Positions 28,292 through 40,310 of a stretch of DNA of 64,000 nt are shown piece after piece (the stretch's first letter is position 1; every line of letters begins with the position of its first letter). The notes under the pieces are model-generated. The model saw only the letters and a list, made by a program, of their open reading frames with translations, was not told the origin of the DNA and made no database searches. A program made the position numbers and the translations under genes. Source of the DNA: Verrucomicrobiota bacterium (GTDB lineage Bacteria; Verrucomicrobiota; Verrucomicrobiia; Limisphaerales; AAA164-E04); assembly GCA_047947115.1 (NCBI GenBank), contig CP170459.1:1664001-1728000 (forward strand), given 5' to 3'.

Positions 28292-31200
28292 ATGCAATTA
28301 TTTTTGAAAAAAGCATTGCTCGCCATATTATACTTTTCTTGCTCCTGCCCCATTTGGGCAGCAGAGCAAGCAGCACATGTTATAGCGAGTGGTTCGGTAT
28401 CCGAGTCCGGTGGATTCACTAACCACTCTGCCATCGGCCAATCATTCGCATATTTATCAGGCAACGCTGCTGGGGCGTTCGTGAATTATGGTGGGTTCAT
28501 CAATGGCTTTGAAGGCGGTTTTGCCGTTGATTCAGACGGCGATGGTTTGAGTGACGAGGAAGAGCTTGAATTGGGGATCAATCCGAACTCTAAGGACACG
28601 GATGGTGAAGGCCTTGAAGATAAGGCGGAAGTTGATTTTGGAAGCAATCCCTTGATCCAAGATACTGATGGAGATGGATCCAATGATTACGAGGAATTCC
28701 TCAATGGAACCGATCCCAATGTTTTTGACATTACCTACGAGTGGCCTGAACCATCTGCTATCGTTTACGGCACGCCCTTGCCAGAGAGTGCGTTTGAAAT
28801 AACCACCAATGTTGAGGGTAACGTTTCCCATCCCTTTGGCATGGCCAAGCCTGGTGATATACTCAATGCAGGTAATCGGCTTTTGGCGGTTAATTTTATT
28901 GCAAATACAGGTGGAACTAAGCTCCTTACTCAAAATATTTCCGTCACCCAAATGGCCATCAACCTGATTTCTGCTGCTGATTCTTACCCGTTTGGTTCTA
29001 CCCTAGAAGATATCTTGATAACATCCGCTGGATTTGTGAATGGTGATTCTTATGCTGACATTGATGCAGCTCCAGCACTAGATTTTTCCCAGGTCAATTT
29101 CTCATTGCCCGGGGCATACACTGTTTCCTATTCCGGTGCCATTGATAACAACTATTTCATTGCTGATGGGGCCTTCGAAATCAGCATCAGTAGTGAAGGG
29201 TTTGATTCCTTCTCATTTCTTACTGAAGATCTGGTAGCCTATTTTCCTCTGGATGGTAATGGACTGGATTTCAGTGGTAATAGTCACCACGGCGAAGGTG
29301 ATTTTGAGTTTGCGGAGGATCGATTTGGCAGATCTCGGGCAGCTTACAAATCAAACACCGAGACATTCTTTTCAACTGGTCCAACAAGTCACCCAACAGG
29401 TAATGCATCATTTACCTACTCTTGTTGGTTTAATGGAATGAACGGACTAAGCGATCCAGATATCCTAATTGCGACTGGCGGTGACCAGGAACACGAAGCT
29501 TCTTTTTTTGGGATTAGTAACGACCAACTTGTTTTTGATACCATTGGAGATGTCTCCGAGAAAGGACAGATTCCATCGAATGGTTGGCATCACGCTGTTT
29601 TTACAAAAAATGGAAATAGTGCGTCTTTTTATCTAAATGGTAATTTTGTCAGTGATGCACACATTACCCAGCAAAATATTGAAGTTACCAATATCAGAAT
29701 TGGTTGGAGCGGATATTCGACCATGAACAAAGGTCAGCATTTTGTTGGTTCAATAGATGATGTTCGCATATACGACAGGGCCCTAGATAAGAATTCCATC
29801 AAGTTGATTTATGCTTATGAATCAGACGAAACCAATTATCCATTCGTAAACAACTCCCCTGTGGCCTCAGACCAAACATTGAACTTAGGACAAGGATCCT
29901 CAAAGGAGATTAAGCTTTCTGCCGACGACCCGGATGGTGACTCCGTCGTTTTTTCTGTAATATTGAACCCGATCAACGGTACCCTCAGCGGTACGGCACC
30001 CAATCTTATCTACTCTCCTAATGCCGATTTTGTTGGCACAGATACCTTTACCTTTAAAGTGAATGATGGGGACTTGGATTCCAATGTGGCTACGGTGACC
30101 ATCACGGTGAATCCCGTTGAGGAAATATTCGTTTGGGACCCATCGGACATTGTCTATGGTCAAGATGCGTTGATTCACATCTTTAACGCCACTTCAACAA
30201 TTCCAGCCAGTATCTTCTACTTTGACGCTGATACGAAACTACCGTTCGTGGCCGATTCCAAACTCTCAGCCGGTGAATACTCCTTGGAAGTTTTATTCAT
30301 GCCAGATGACCTTGCATCCCACCTGCCTAAACGGGAAAGCGCTACCATTTCTGTATCCAAGGCCCGTCTGGATGTCGCTGTTCCGAGCATTGAAGTGGAA
30401 GTAGGGGGCCCCATCCCAAATTTAGGTATTTCCTACTCTGGATTTGTCTGGGATGAGACCCCTGAATCGCTCATCTCAGCACCGATCATCAATCTGGGTG
30501 TTATTGATTTTGCTACGCCTGGAGTCTATCAGGGTAGTCTTTTGGGAGGTGAATCCTATAATTATGACCTGGTCGTAAATCCATTCACCATCACGGTCAC
30601 TCAGCCTGGGATCCAAATTGTCTGGGATGATTTGCCTGAGCTGACCTACGGGGATTTGTTGAGCGACAATGTGCTGAATGCCTCAGCCAATGTGCCTGGT
30701 TTATTTGTTTATCAGCCAGGTCCAGGTTCGCTGCCCGATGTGGGCCAAACCATTGTCAAGGCGACCTTTGTTCCGGATGATCTTGTCTCCTACTTGCCAG
30801 TGGTGACACAGAAGACCTTGATTGTTAATAAGAGGACGCTTGAGGTTTCCATGCCTGATTTGGAGGTCGAAAAGGGCAGCCCTCTCCCAGCGCTGACATC
30901 CTATGAGATCTCAGGGTTTGTGGGGCAAGATGCGGAAGGTGATTTGGACAACCCACTTGTCTTCAGCATTCAGGGTGGGAACCCTTCTCAAGTGGGGCAG
31001 TATCCCATAACAATGAGTTTTGCTGGTGATAATCAATATGTAGTGAACTTTTCTGGTGCCAAGCTGGTGATCACTGAACCTGTGTTCGTTAGCCAAATTC
31101 AGTGGGCTGAGATACCGGATAATTCACTTGAATACGGAGACATTCTCGATGACAGCACTCTAGGTGCTCAGTCAGAGGTGCCCGGGCTGATTATCTACAC

Positions 31201-34198
31201 ACCTCCTATGGGAACCCGAGTGGATGTCGGTGAGCTGACCATCAGGCTCACTTTTGTCCCCGATGATTTGATTGATCATAAGACAGAGGTCATCACGCAA
31301 ACCGTTTCGGTTGCCAAGCGTCGATTGGTGGCGACAATGGAAGATGTCTCGGTCATTCAAGGTCAATCTGATGTTCCACTTGATCGCTACCAGGTTACAG
31401 GTTTTGTCGAAGGTGAGTCTGAAGCGGACTTGGATAATCCAATTGAATTTAAGGTTGCTGGAGGTATTCCTGCGCAGCCAGGTTCCTACCCCATTGAGAT
31501 GATCTTCAACGGTGATGACCACTATGAAGTGATGTTTTTGGGGGCGAACCTCGTCGTGCAGAGTGTGCAGCCGGAACTTTCATGGGTTGTCACAGATCAC
31601 ACCTACGGTGATAGCATTGCGGCCAATGTGCTCACCGCATCAAGCAATTTACCTGGCGACATCACTTACCGAATCGTCGGTAGCGACGAGACTGTTGACG
31701 CCAATACCCAACTTGGTGCTGGAAGCCATACCATCATGGCCACCTGGACTTCCGGTAATGCCGGAGTGGAGCCGATTAGCGAAATCAGACAGGTGAATAT
31801 TGCCAAGGCGCAGTTGTTACTCACAGTTCAGCCTTTGATTGTGCAGCCAGGTGCCGCCTCAGTGCCACCAATTGATTATGTCATTGAAGGTTTCCAGTAT
31901 GAGGAGACAGAGAGCGTCTTTACCTTTACCCTCATATTCGACCTCGGAGGTAGTTACAAGAGACCAGGTGAATATCCTCTGACATTGTCTGCCAACTGGC
32001 CTGAGCAGCCCAATTATGAGGTGCTGACCATTCCTAGCACGATGACGGTCATGGGTGAAGAAATGGAAGTCACTTGGGATCTGCAGCAAGACCAATACAT
32101 TTATGGTGATTTGGCTTCCAAGGCACTGCTCTCTGCTGAAAGTAATGTGGAGGGCCAGTTTCTCTATCAAATAAAGAAGGTGGGGGGGCAAGTAAGTGGT
32201 ATCTTGACTAGCGGCACGGTGTTGCCTGTCGGGGAACACGTGGTGACCATGACCTTCATTCCTGAAGAGAAGCCGCAAGACCTTGTAGTCATTGAGAAAA
32301 CGATCACCGTTTCCAAGGCTAACCTGGTCGTGAGAGCCAATGGTTTGAACATAATTGTAGGTTCGCCTTATCAGAACCAGCTCTCAGCCAGCTATGAAGG
32401 TTTTGTGTTTGAAGACGCAGAAAAAGATCTTCAGGTGAAACCACGGCTGTCTGTTCCTAACTTCGTTCAAAACCTGGCCGGCCAATATGAAATCCAGGTT
32501 TCTGGTGGCAGTGATGAAAGCTATGACTTCACCTATGTTTCTGGGGTCTTGAACGTGGCCGAAAACGCTAGTTTTCCCGATATCGCTTTTGTGGAGCCAG
32601 TGGTTAACCCAGTCAATGTGGCTGAGGGCAGGGGGGTCACGCTTCGGTTTCAGCTGGATGGTGTCGTTCCAACCAACGCTTCAGTCAGTGTGAGCAAGGA
32701 TGGTTTGCCATTTGGTAAAACACGTATTGATGGCGACAGCATTTATCTGGATATCGATGCGGCGGTGAGATCTGATTCGGGTAACTACATCGCCAGATTA
32801 GCCATTCCTCAATTCAAGGCGATTGAATCCTCGTCTCTGGAACTCAATGTGATCTACAAATCATTGCTAGGCATGGGATTGCTGAACTATCGCCAGAGCA
32901 ACCAGCCCATGTTGGGTGCCCCGATTGTGAATGATGACAACTCGGTCGTGATAAGCACCAAAGATGGCACTTTCTACGGATATCAATCCAATCCAGCCAC
33001 AGGAGATATCGAGCCTGCTTGGGCCTATTCGATGGGGCAGGATATCCTCGGGAATATCCTCAAAGGTGAAGACGATAATTATTACGCACTCTCAGACAAA
33101 GGAACGCTGATTAAATTCAAGCAAGAGGCCACCTCAGGAACTCAGGTCTGGGAGTTTGACACGGACGAACAGGGATCCCTCAGCAACGGTTTCACCAACT
33201 CACCTACCATCCTCAACGATGAGATCGTTGTCTTTGGGTGGATTGATGGACACGTCTATGCCGTGAATCGGCAGACAGGTGACTTGGTATGGAAGACGGA
33301 CTTGGGTGGCATGGTCTTTACCCCTGTAGCTGTTTATGAAGACAAGATTTACACCCATACCTGGAATACTTGGTATTGTGTGTTGGATTCCAATGGTCAA
33401 ATTCTTCACAAAAATCCTATCAGCTACGGGCTTTATCGCCAACAACCTTCGGTGGATACAGATGGAACTGCCTTTCTGGGCTGCGATGATAGTTATGTTT
33501 ATGCTTTTTGGAGTAGTGGACTGTTGAAGTGGAGTTATGAGTGCGAGAATATTGTTTCCGGTGGTATCGTTGTGGGTGACCACTTCATTGCCTTCATTGA
33601 CCAGGAAGGCATTCTCTATTATCTCAAGAAGAGTACTGGTGCCGTCATTAAGAAATCTCAGTTGGCCAATACTCCAGGTTCCACATCCCATCTGACCATT
33701 GGCTATGATGGGACCATCGTGGTGGGTAGCCAGAAAGGAGGGCTTTTTGCCTTCACCGCTGATGGTCAGGTCATCTGGGAGTATCAAAGCGCCCCGACAA
33801 CCTGGGGTTCTCCATCGATCGGTCGTGATGGTAAGGTGTTTTTCGGTTCTGACGATGGCTATTTCTACGCAGTCCAGGGACATACCTCATTGGGTATGCA
33901 ATATCCCTGGTATAAGCAGGGAGCCAATCGCCTGAATACAGGCGGCCTTTGGTTGGCTACTCAGGATCCTGAATCAGGTGGGGGCTCTGGTAGCGGAGAA
34001 GGCCCAGATTTGATTGCTGGGATTGAAGGTGGGAACATCGTGATCAATGTGATCGCACATGACAAGCAGCGTGTCTACAAAGTCTACACCAGTGATGATT
34101 TGAAGTCTTGGGTCGAGGTTCCAGGGTATCGCCCCAATGTGAATGGCGAAATCAAACTTCCAGCGAATAGGCGGTCGCAATTTATCAAAGTTGAATAG
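28292..34198 (+). CDS. Large secreted surface protein/adhesin (DxDxDG repeats, LamG, Ig/tandem-95, MBG-like repeats, PQQ-type beta-propeller)
   Basis: 1968 aa; LVAYFPLDGN..D.SGN and GSIDDVRIYDRAL (LamG); GTDTFTFKVNDG; repeated W...YG...L.A / GFV..E units; IWEY..GSPSIG.DG.VFFGSDDG. Confidence 0.9.
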   Translation: MQLFLKKALLAILYFSCSCPIWAAEQAAHVIASGSVSESGGFTNHSAIGQSFAYLSGNAAGAFVNYGGFINGFEGGFAVDSDGDGLSDEEELELGINPNSKDTDGEGLEDKAEVDFGSNPLIQDTDGDGSNDYEEFLNGTDPNVFDITYEWPEPSAIVYGTPLPESAFEITTNVEGNVSHPFGMAKPGDILNAGNRLLAVNFIANTGGTKLLTQNISVTQMAINLISAADSYPFGSTLEDILITSAGFVNGDSYADIDAAPALDFSQVNFSLPGAYTVSYSGAIDNNYFIADGAFEISISSEGFDSFSFLTEDLVAYFPLDGNGLDFSGNSHHGEGDFEFAEDRFGRSRAAYKSNTETFFSTGPTSHPTGNASFTYSCWFNGMNGLSDPDILIATGGDQEHEASFFGISNDQLVFDTIGDVSEKGQIPSNGWHHAVFTKNGNSASFYLNGNFVSDAHITQQNIEVTNIRIGWSGYSTMNKGQHFVGSIDDVRIYDRALDKNSIKLIYAYESDETNYPFVNNSPVASDQTLNLGQGSSKEIKLSADDPDGDSVVFSVILNPINGTLSGTAPNLIYSPNADFVGTDTFTFKVNDGDLDSNVATVTITVNPVEEIFVWDPSDIVYGQDALIHIFNATSTIPASIFYFDADTKLPFVADSKLSAGEYSLEVLFMPDDLASHLPKRESATISVSKARLDVAVPSIEVEVGGPIPNLGISYSGFVWDETPESLISAPIINLGVIDFATPGVYQGSLLGGESYNYDLVVNPFTITVTQPGIQIVWDDLPELTYGDLLSDNVLNASANVPGLFVYQPGPGSLPDVGQTIVKATFVPDDLVSYLPVVTQKTLIVNKRTLEVSMPDLEVEKGSPLPALTSYEISGFVGQDAEGDLDNPLVFSIQGGNPSQVGQYPITMSFAGDNQYVVNFSGAKLVITEPVFVSQIQWAEIPDNSLEYGDILDDSTLGAQSEVPGLIIYTPPMGTRVDVGELTIRLTFVPDDLIDHKTEVITQTVSVAKRRLVATMEDVSVIQGQSDVPLDRYQVTGFVEGESEADLDNPIEFKVAGGIPAQPGSYPIEMIFNGDDHYEVMFLGANLVVQSVQPELSWVVTDHTYGDSIAANVLTASSNLPGDITYRIVGSDETVDANTQLGAGSHTIMATWTSGNAGVEPISEIRQVNIAKAQLLLTVQPLIVQPGAASVPPIDYVIEGFQYEETESVFTFTLIFDLGGSYKRPGEYPLTLSANWPEQPNYEVLTIPSTMTVMGEEMEVTWDLQQDQYIYGDLASKALLSAESNVEGQFLYQIKKVGGQVSGILTSGTVLPVGEHVVTMTFIPEEKPQDLVVIEKTITVSKANLVVRANGLNIIVGSPYQNQLSASYEGFVFEDAEKDLQVKPRLSVPNFVQNLAGQYEIQVSGGSDESYDFTYVSGVLNVAENASFPDIAFVEPVVNPVNVAEGRGVTLRFQLDGVVPTNASVSVSKDGLPFGKTRIDGDSIYLDIDAAVRSDSGNYIARLAIPQFKAIESSSLELNVIYKSLLGMGLLNYRQSNQPMLGAPIVNDDNSVVISTKDGTFYGYQSNPATGDIEPAWAYSMGQDILGNILKGEDDNYYALSDKGTLIKFKQEATSGTQVWEFDTDEQGSLSNGFTNSPTILNDEIVVFGWIDGHVYAVNRQTGDLVWKTDLGGMVFTPVAVYEDKIYTHTWNTWYCVLDSNGQILHKNPISYGLYRQQPSVDTDGTAFLGCDDSYVYAFWSSGLLKWSYECENIVSGGIVVGDHFIAFIDQEGILYYLKKSTGAVIKKSQLANTPGSTSHLTIGYDGTIVVGSQKGGLFAFTADGQVIWEYQSAPTTWGSPSIGRDGKVFFGSDDGYFYAVQGHTSLGMQYPWYKQGANRLNTGGLWLATQDPESGGGSGSGEGPDLIAGIEGGNIVINVIAHDKQRVYKVYTSDDLKSWVEVPGYRPNVNGEIKLPANRRSQFIKVE

Positions 34199-34230
34199 TA
34201 AATATCTTAAGAACAAGGAAATTTAAACTA

Positions 34231-35319
34231 ATGAAAAAGTTTTTTTGCACGTTTCTCTCATTGTTTTGGGTGACTCAGGTGGCGGGTCAGACGATTAATT
34301 ACCAGGGTAGGCTTACCGACGCCGGTGGGGAGCCAGTTAATGATACTGTGAATGTATCTTTGAAGATATATGATAGTGAGACGGAAGGGGCAGTTGTTTA
34401 CACCGAGGATGTGGGCGAGATCGAAGTAGTGAGTGGACTTTATTCTTTTAATTTCGGCTTGAATGGTAAGAGTATTGCAAATTCAGTGGAATTAATTGGG
34501 ACAGGGGATGGGGAAGTAAAGGTTTTCAATTACACAACGTATCACTTACCAATCGATGCGGAAATAGAGCTTTATGATGGGTTGTTTAGTTGGTCAAATG
34601 TAGGCGGCGCTTCAGACGCAGGCCAGTTTATTGGGAGCGTCAACATTGCAGAAAAATCTGTCACAGGAATTTACATAGCTTCTCCTCCGCCACAGGGCCG
34701 GAATATATATGTGGCCTACCAATATACCCTTGATGGTATAACTGGGGCTTTGACTGACCACGATTCGTCATACTTGGAGGTTAGCATCAATAATACAAAG
34801 CTTAGGCGGGAGAAAATAGCGGATTCGCCAATTTCTGTATTTGCAAAAAATATTTTGCGAGTAAATAAAAAAAATGTTCCTATTAATATAGTTCATCAAG
34901 GAAGGTTTGTTAATAATTTCAATGGGTTCAAATATTGTGACACACCCGCTTTCTTAATCGATTTTCCGGAAGTCGATTTCAGGGAACTGGTTTTCAAAGT
35001 GCGAGGTTTATCGCTTGATGACAATGTTGGCGGAAATGGTCCGTGCCATAGCAATTATAATGGGAAGCATTCCACTTCCGATGTGAGAATTAAATTGGTT
35101 GGCAGGAACCTTGAAACATTAGAGCTTGAGGAGTTGGCCGATATTGATGTTTACAGTAATCAAACCATGCCGCTTTCTAAAGATTACAATCTTTCCGGAT
35201 TTCTCCATCTGCAGCAGACCTATATGCTGGGGGTGCAAATTAAGGCCGCTGCCAGAGGAATCGGAGGCGGTGTGACAGCGGGCTACATACGGATCCCTTG
35301 CTACTGGGAAATGAAATAG
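34231..35319 (+). CDS. Secreted 'INYQGR' fibre-like protein, paralog 2
   Basis: Signal peptide then QTINYQGRL...SGLYSFNFG...GASDAGQFIGSVNI. Confidence 0.8.
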   Translation: MKKFFCTFLSLFWVTQVAGQTINYQGRLTDAGGEPVNDTVNVSLKIYDSETEGAVVYTEDVGEIEVVSGLYSFNFGLNGKSIANSVELIGTGDGEVKVFNYTTYHLPIDAEIELYDGLFSWSNVGGASDAGQFIGSVNIAEKSVTGIYIASPPPQGRNIYVAYQYTLDGITGALTDHDSSYLEVSINNTKLRREKIADSPISVFAKNILRVNKKNVPINIVHQGRFVNNFNGFKYCDTPAFLIDFPEVDFRELVFKVRGLSLDDNVGGNGPCHSNYNGKHSTSDVRIKLVGRNLETLELEELADIDVYSNQTMPLSKDYNLSGFLHLQQTYMLGVQIKAAARGIGGGVTAGYIRIPCYWEMK

Positions 35320-35461
35320 ACCTAGTGTTCTTATTTTCAAACGAAAATCCTTTTTCTTCTAAGTGTCAAAAATTTATTTCTTATTTGACTTTAATAACAT
35401 CCCAGACACCCATTTACGCCGAAGAATAAAAATTATCTCGCTCCATAACTATAACCAATTC

Positions 35462-36088
35462 ATGAAAAACATCCCAAAATATTGCTCTGCTGCTATTGTA
35501 GCAGCTCTCACCATGGCAGCGTCCTCTGCGAATGCTGAGAATTCAGTCATTCTCGACTATGACTACGCCTCTGCTGGGTATTTCTACAGAGACTACGACA
35601 CTGCACTGGGTAACGTGGACGGACACGGCGCAGGCATCGAAATTTCCAAGATGTTGGCAGGAGATTTTGGGCTGAGTTTGACCTCGATGGCAGGAAGTGT
35701 CTCCGATCTGGACGCTGACATGTGGGGCATTTCGCCCACATTGTTTTACGTGGTCAAAATATCCGAAACCATGAACTTGGTGCCGAATGTTGCCTGGAAC
35801 GTTGAGCATGTAGACTACAGCTCACTCGGAATGGACAATACTACCTCTGAGGTGCAGTTTGGCTTGAGGCTCGATACGGCAGTCACCGAATCCTTTCAGT
35901 TAAGTGTTGGCACGGAGTATCGCAACGTTGTGGGTTCCGATCTCCCTCTAGACGATGACGATCGCTGGGACTTCTATCTTGGTGCTAAACTTGCACTGTC
36001 CGATCAATTAGGGCTTGGGGCTCAGATATTGACGACTACTGAGAATGTCGACTTCGGTGGGCAGATTGGCTTGGAGTGGCATTTTTAG
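35462..36088 (+). CDS. Outer-membrane beta-barrel protein
   Basis: Signal peptide, alternating amphipathic strands, C-terminal GLEWHF (BAM-type signal). Confidence 0.8.
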   Translation: MKNIPKYCSAAIVAALTMAASSANAENSVILDYDYASAGYFYRDYDTALGNVDGHGAGIEISKMLAGDFGLSLTSMAGSVSDLDADMWGISPTLFYVVKISETMNLVPNVAWNVEHVDYSSLGMDNTTSEVQFGLRLDTAVTESFQLSVGTEYRNVVGSDLPLDDDDRWDFYLGAKLALSDQLGLGAQILTTTENVDFGGQIGLEWHF

Positions 36089-36113
36089 AAATCATCTAGC
36101 ATCTTATTATATT

Positions 36114-36147
36114 GCCTCGGGCACGCCTTTGCTGCCCGGGGCTTTTT
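36114..36147 (+). terminator. Intrinsic terminator
   Basis: GCCTCGGGCA...TGCCCGGGGC + TTTTT. Confidence 0.8.
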
Positions 36148-36242
36148 GTTTTAAGCCCCCTTGCTCACCATCTGTATTCCAGGCTCAATGAGTTCCTGAG
36201 TTGGCCTCAAGAACTTGGTGCAATTTACACCATGATAATTTA

Positions 36243-36436
36243 TAGTGATTGCCAAAAATCATTTCCGAATTGAGCAGATGGAAGCGGTTTTTTCTGGCGA
36301 TTGAACGAAGCTCATAAGTGCAGTGCTTATACGATCGGTCAGCTCCTCGGTAGTCTTCGCTAAAAAGTCGTAAAACCAATCTGCCTTGAGCCGTAACCAC
36401 AACCTTTCAATCGGATTGAAATCTGGAGAATAGGCT
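36243..36436 (-). pseudogene. IS630-family transposase 3' remnant
   Basis: Minus strand reads AYSPDFNPIERLWLRLKADWF...ICSIRK*; element end followed by TA. Confidence 0.8.
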
Positions 36437-36828
36437 GTAAGCGGTGTACCGGAGTCCCCCTGAATGATACTGTCAATTCAGATGGGATTGTTTAATTTGG
36501 AGGGTTCGCTTACCGGTTTGTGGGCAAGCAGCTTTTGATCCGGCTTTCAACAGCACTCCAGCGGCGTTCGCACCTCCAAGGCGGCAGCAGGCCAAAGTTT
36601 TCCAGTTGAGGGATGCATAAAATAGCCTAAAAAGACCAAAGTGGGTTTTTATTACTACTTTTTACTCCATCTAACCCTTAAAAGTCGGATTCTGGCATGG
36701 GCTGGACGCTGAAATGCAAGGTGTAGGGAAGCCGTTTCTGCTCCTAGCGCCAGTGGAGCTTAAACCATTGTTCAAAACTATAACGATACAGTGTTGAGTT
36801 TCGATGCAATATTCGATATGCTTTCAGC

Positions 36829-37272
36829 ATGTCTTCTCTACCCCTGGACATAAGACGACAAGCCAAGGAGCTCGTTGAAGCAGGAAAATCATCGCACGAG
36901 ATAGGCGCTCTTTTGGACATCAAACCAGGCACCGTTCGTGAGTGGAAACGCCGCTACCTCTGGCACGGGCCTGACGGACTGGATCGACAGTGTGGTGATG
37001 ACCTGGACGAAGACCAGCTCCCTGCCGAATACGAGCGGATCATGTCCACGGATGTCATGGAGACGCTACACTGGATCCGCCGAATGCCCATGCCGCGTCG
37101 CATCGATTCTATCCTGAAACGGGAGAGGGCGCTGGAGATGCTATCCAAGCGAGCTGAGCGGGTTATCGGCGGTTTGGCCCGGTCGCATGGGCAGCAGAGC
37201 AAGGTGATCCAGGTCAACTCTGTGACCGCGATTCTGAGCTCTAACGAAAACTCCGGGTGTGATGTGACTTGA
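36829..37272 (+). CDS. HTH protein resembling a terminase small subunit
   Basis: AKELVEAGKSSHEIGALLDIKPGTVREWKRRYLW N-terminal HTH; last gene of the island. Confidence 0.55.
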   Translation: MSSLPLDIRRQAKELVEAGKSSHEIGALLDIKPGTVREWKRRYLWHGPDGLDRQCGDDLDEDQLPAEYERIMSTDVMETLHWIRRMPMPRRIDSILKRERALEMLSKRAERVIGGLARSHGQQSKVIQVNSVTAILSSNENSGCDVT

Positions 37273-37441
37273 TACGGTTTTTGGTGGTAAACAGAGCCTT
37301 GGACAGATTATCTCGCAGTCACGGGGCTTCTGCTGTTCGATTTCACCCTCCTAACCGTTTATTGTATAGGTCCATAGTTGCTCTGTTTATTCTGCTTTAA
37401 CATCTCCAAACGCGTTTTGACATCCATAACACGGACACACA

Positions 37442-37462
37442 TGTTATGCATAGGTGTTATGC
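37442..37462 (+). repeat. Putative integrase arm-type sites (right)
   Basis: TGTTATGC x2, 13 bp apart, plus inverted CATAACA at 37425. Confidence 0.7.
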
Positions 37463-37525
37463 TGTTGCATGGTCGAGGAATGAAGGTATGACTGAAGCTT
37501 CTCTATGAGAAATACTTGAGGGGGA

Positions 37526-37601
37526 TGGCGACCCTACCGGGGTTCGAACCCGGGTTACCGCCGTGAAAGGGCGGTGTCCTAGACCACTAGACGATAGGGT
37601 C
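37526..37601 (-). tRNA. tRNA-Glu(TTC)
   Basis: 76-nt cloverleaf: GACCCTA acceptor, CCGCC-CTTTCAC-GGCGG anticodon arm, GTTCGAA T-loop, CCA end. Confidence 0.97.
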
Positions 37602-37843
37602 CCCTCAATGGGCGGCCTATCTTAAGGAAACCTTCCGACGTGTCACGTGAAAAATGCGATTTTTTTCATTTTTTTTCTGACCGCTTGTTTCGCATCTGGA
37701 ATGCATGCTGAGAATAAGCACTTGTTGAATCCCTTTTGGCACTCTTCGCGCCGGTTTTCATGCCTCTTTTTAACAAAAAACGTCCGATTTGATCGATTTT
37801 TGATGAAAGCTGCTTCCTTTTCCGTTATTTAAGATCTTCATTT

Positions 37844-39298
<1,455 letters not shown>

Positions 39299-39319
39299 TT
39301 CCATTTCAATACATTCGAT

Positions 39320-39358
39320 AAGAAAGGGACAGGCGAACTCGCTTGTCCCTTTCTTTTT
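39320..39358 (+). terminator. Intrinsic terminator after gnd
   Basis: AAGAAAGGGACAGGCG...CGCTTGTCCCTTTCTT + T run. Confidence 0.85.
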
Positions 39359-39743
39359 ACAAACTGTTTTCATCTCATGGTACGTGCCAGAATAAGCTTG
39401 GTGAGATTTTTGCTTGATCAGGGACAATGTCAGAGCCGAGATGGAGCCGCTGCTTTGTCAAATGCGCCAGAGGCGATCAGAGACCACTTGTACTCATTCG
39501 CAGTGTTTCCTTTACCGAAAGGAAGGACTTGAAGCCGTGCGCCAACTGATGAGAGTCACTTGCTGACTCGATGCCCCCATCCTTGGTGACGAGTTGCTTC
39601 AGGAGAAGGTTCAGAAGTAAAGAATACCGGTTGACGTGGTTGAACCGAACACGTGTTAAGGCCGAACAACTGCAAAGGATTTCGTTGGAACGGTCTGTGA
39701 TATAGTGGAATTGCCAAGAGTCATCGGTTTGACATGGTAATTT

Positions 39744-39931
39744 TGGACTGCGGAGGCTCGATACAGCTCTGGATACGCCGGGCGAACGTAGTAGCTACAT
39801 TTCTAAAATTATCCTGCATTGCCCCAAAACGTGGCCACCCAGGTGTAATCTTGCAGTTCTATCGCTTGAAAACGACTCGAGTTGGCGGACGGTATCCAAA
39901 GCGGTTCCGATTCATCGGAACTCGCACTCCA
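39744..39931. repeat. 188-bp REP/MITE-like element, copy 1
   Basis: Ends TGGACTGCGG...GGATACGCC..AACGTAGTAGCTA and AAAGCGGTTCCGATTCATC..GCACTCCA; same length and ends as copy 2. Confidence 0.7.
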
Positions 39932-40261
39932 AAAAACAAACCATAAAACGGAAGTAACAGGGATCCCTTGGGCACCAATCCTGATGGCACGTTTAGAAAA
40001 GTAGAAATCCATCACCGGAGGGGTAAGCTCCGTCTTACACCCACTTCAAACCTCAGTGCTTTGGAACCCTTTTCAAGCTGCAACGGAAACGCCACAGCCA
40101 TTCGATGAACGTTAGACTCCCCGCGTTCCATTCCTTTTGCTCAGAAACGTTTTCAAGGGGAAAGTTAGGGGAGAGTCCCGCGTGCGGGATCTCCACTCCA
40201 TTGTTTAAAAACTGAACTGCATCCCAATCATGAGCGGCAATGAGAAAATATATTGACTCAC

Positions 40262-40302
40262 TGCTACAGTTGTAGCAAGTTCTTGTTGCTACAACTGTAG
40301 CA
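40262..40302. promoter_or_regulatory. Paired BlaI/MecI/CopY operators
   Basis: TGCTACAGTTGTAGCA and TGCTACAACTGTAGCA (TACA-N2-TGTA) just after TTGACT and before blaI. Confidence 0.88.
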
Positions 40303-40310
40303 GGACTGTT

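Larger units (their letters stand above)
17830..37556. mobile_element. ~19.7 kb integrative, phage-satellite-like genomic island in tRNA-Glu
   Basis: Identical 33-bp direct repeats (17830-17862, 37524-37556) matching the tRNA 3' end; integrase beside left repeat; primase/helicase module. Confidence 0.92.

Noticed and set aside
27153..35319. Diversity-generating retroelement acting on the variable-tip paralogs
   Set aside because: No reverse transcriptase and no TR/VR pair differing at adenines seen in the window
36437..36513. 77-bp segment bounded by GTAAGCG/CGCTTAC (IS66-like ends)
   Set aside because: Only a 7-bp IR, no target duplication and a single copy; may be chance or debris
17830..37556. 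Complete prophage or ICE
   Set aside because: No capsid, portal, large terminase, tail, lysis, relaxase or T4SS genes
39540..39588. Hammerhead-like CTGATGA followed by hairpin GAGTCA/TGACTC
   Set aside because: The required GAAA after stem II reads GATG and there is no proper stem III/NUH site
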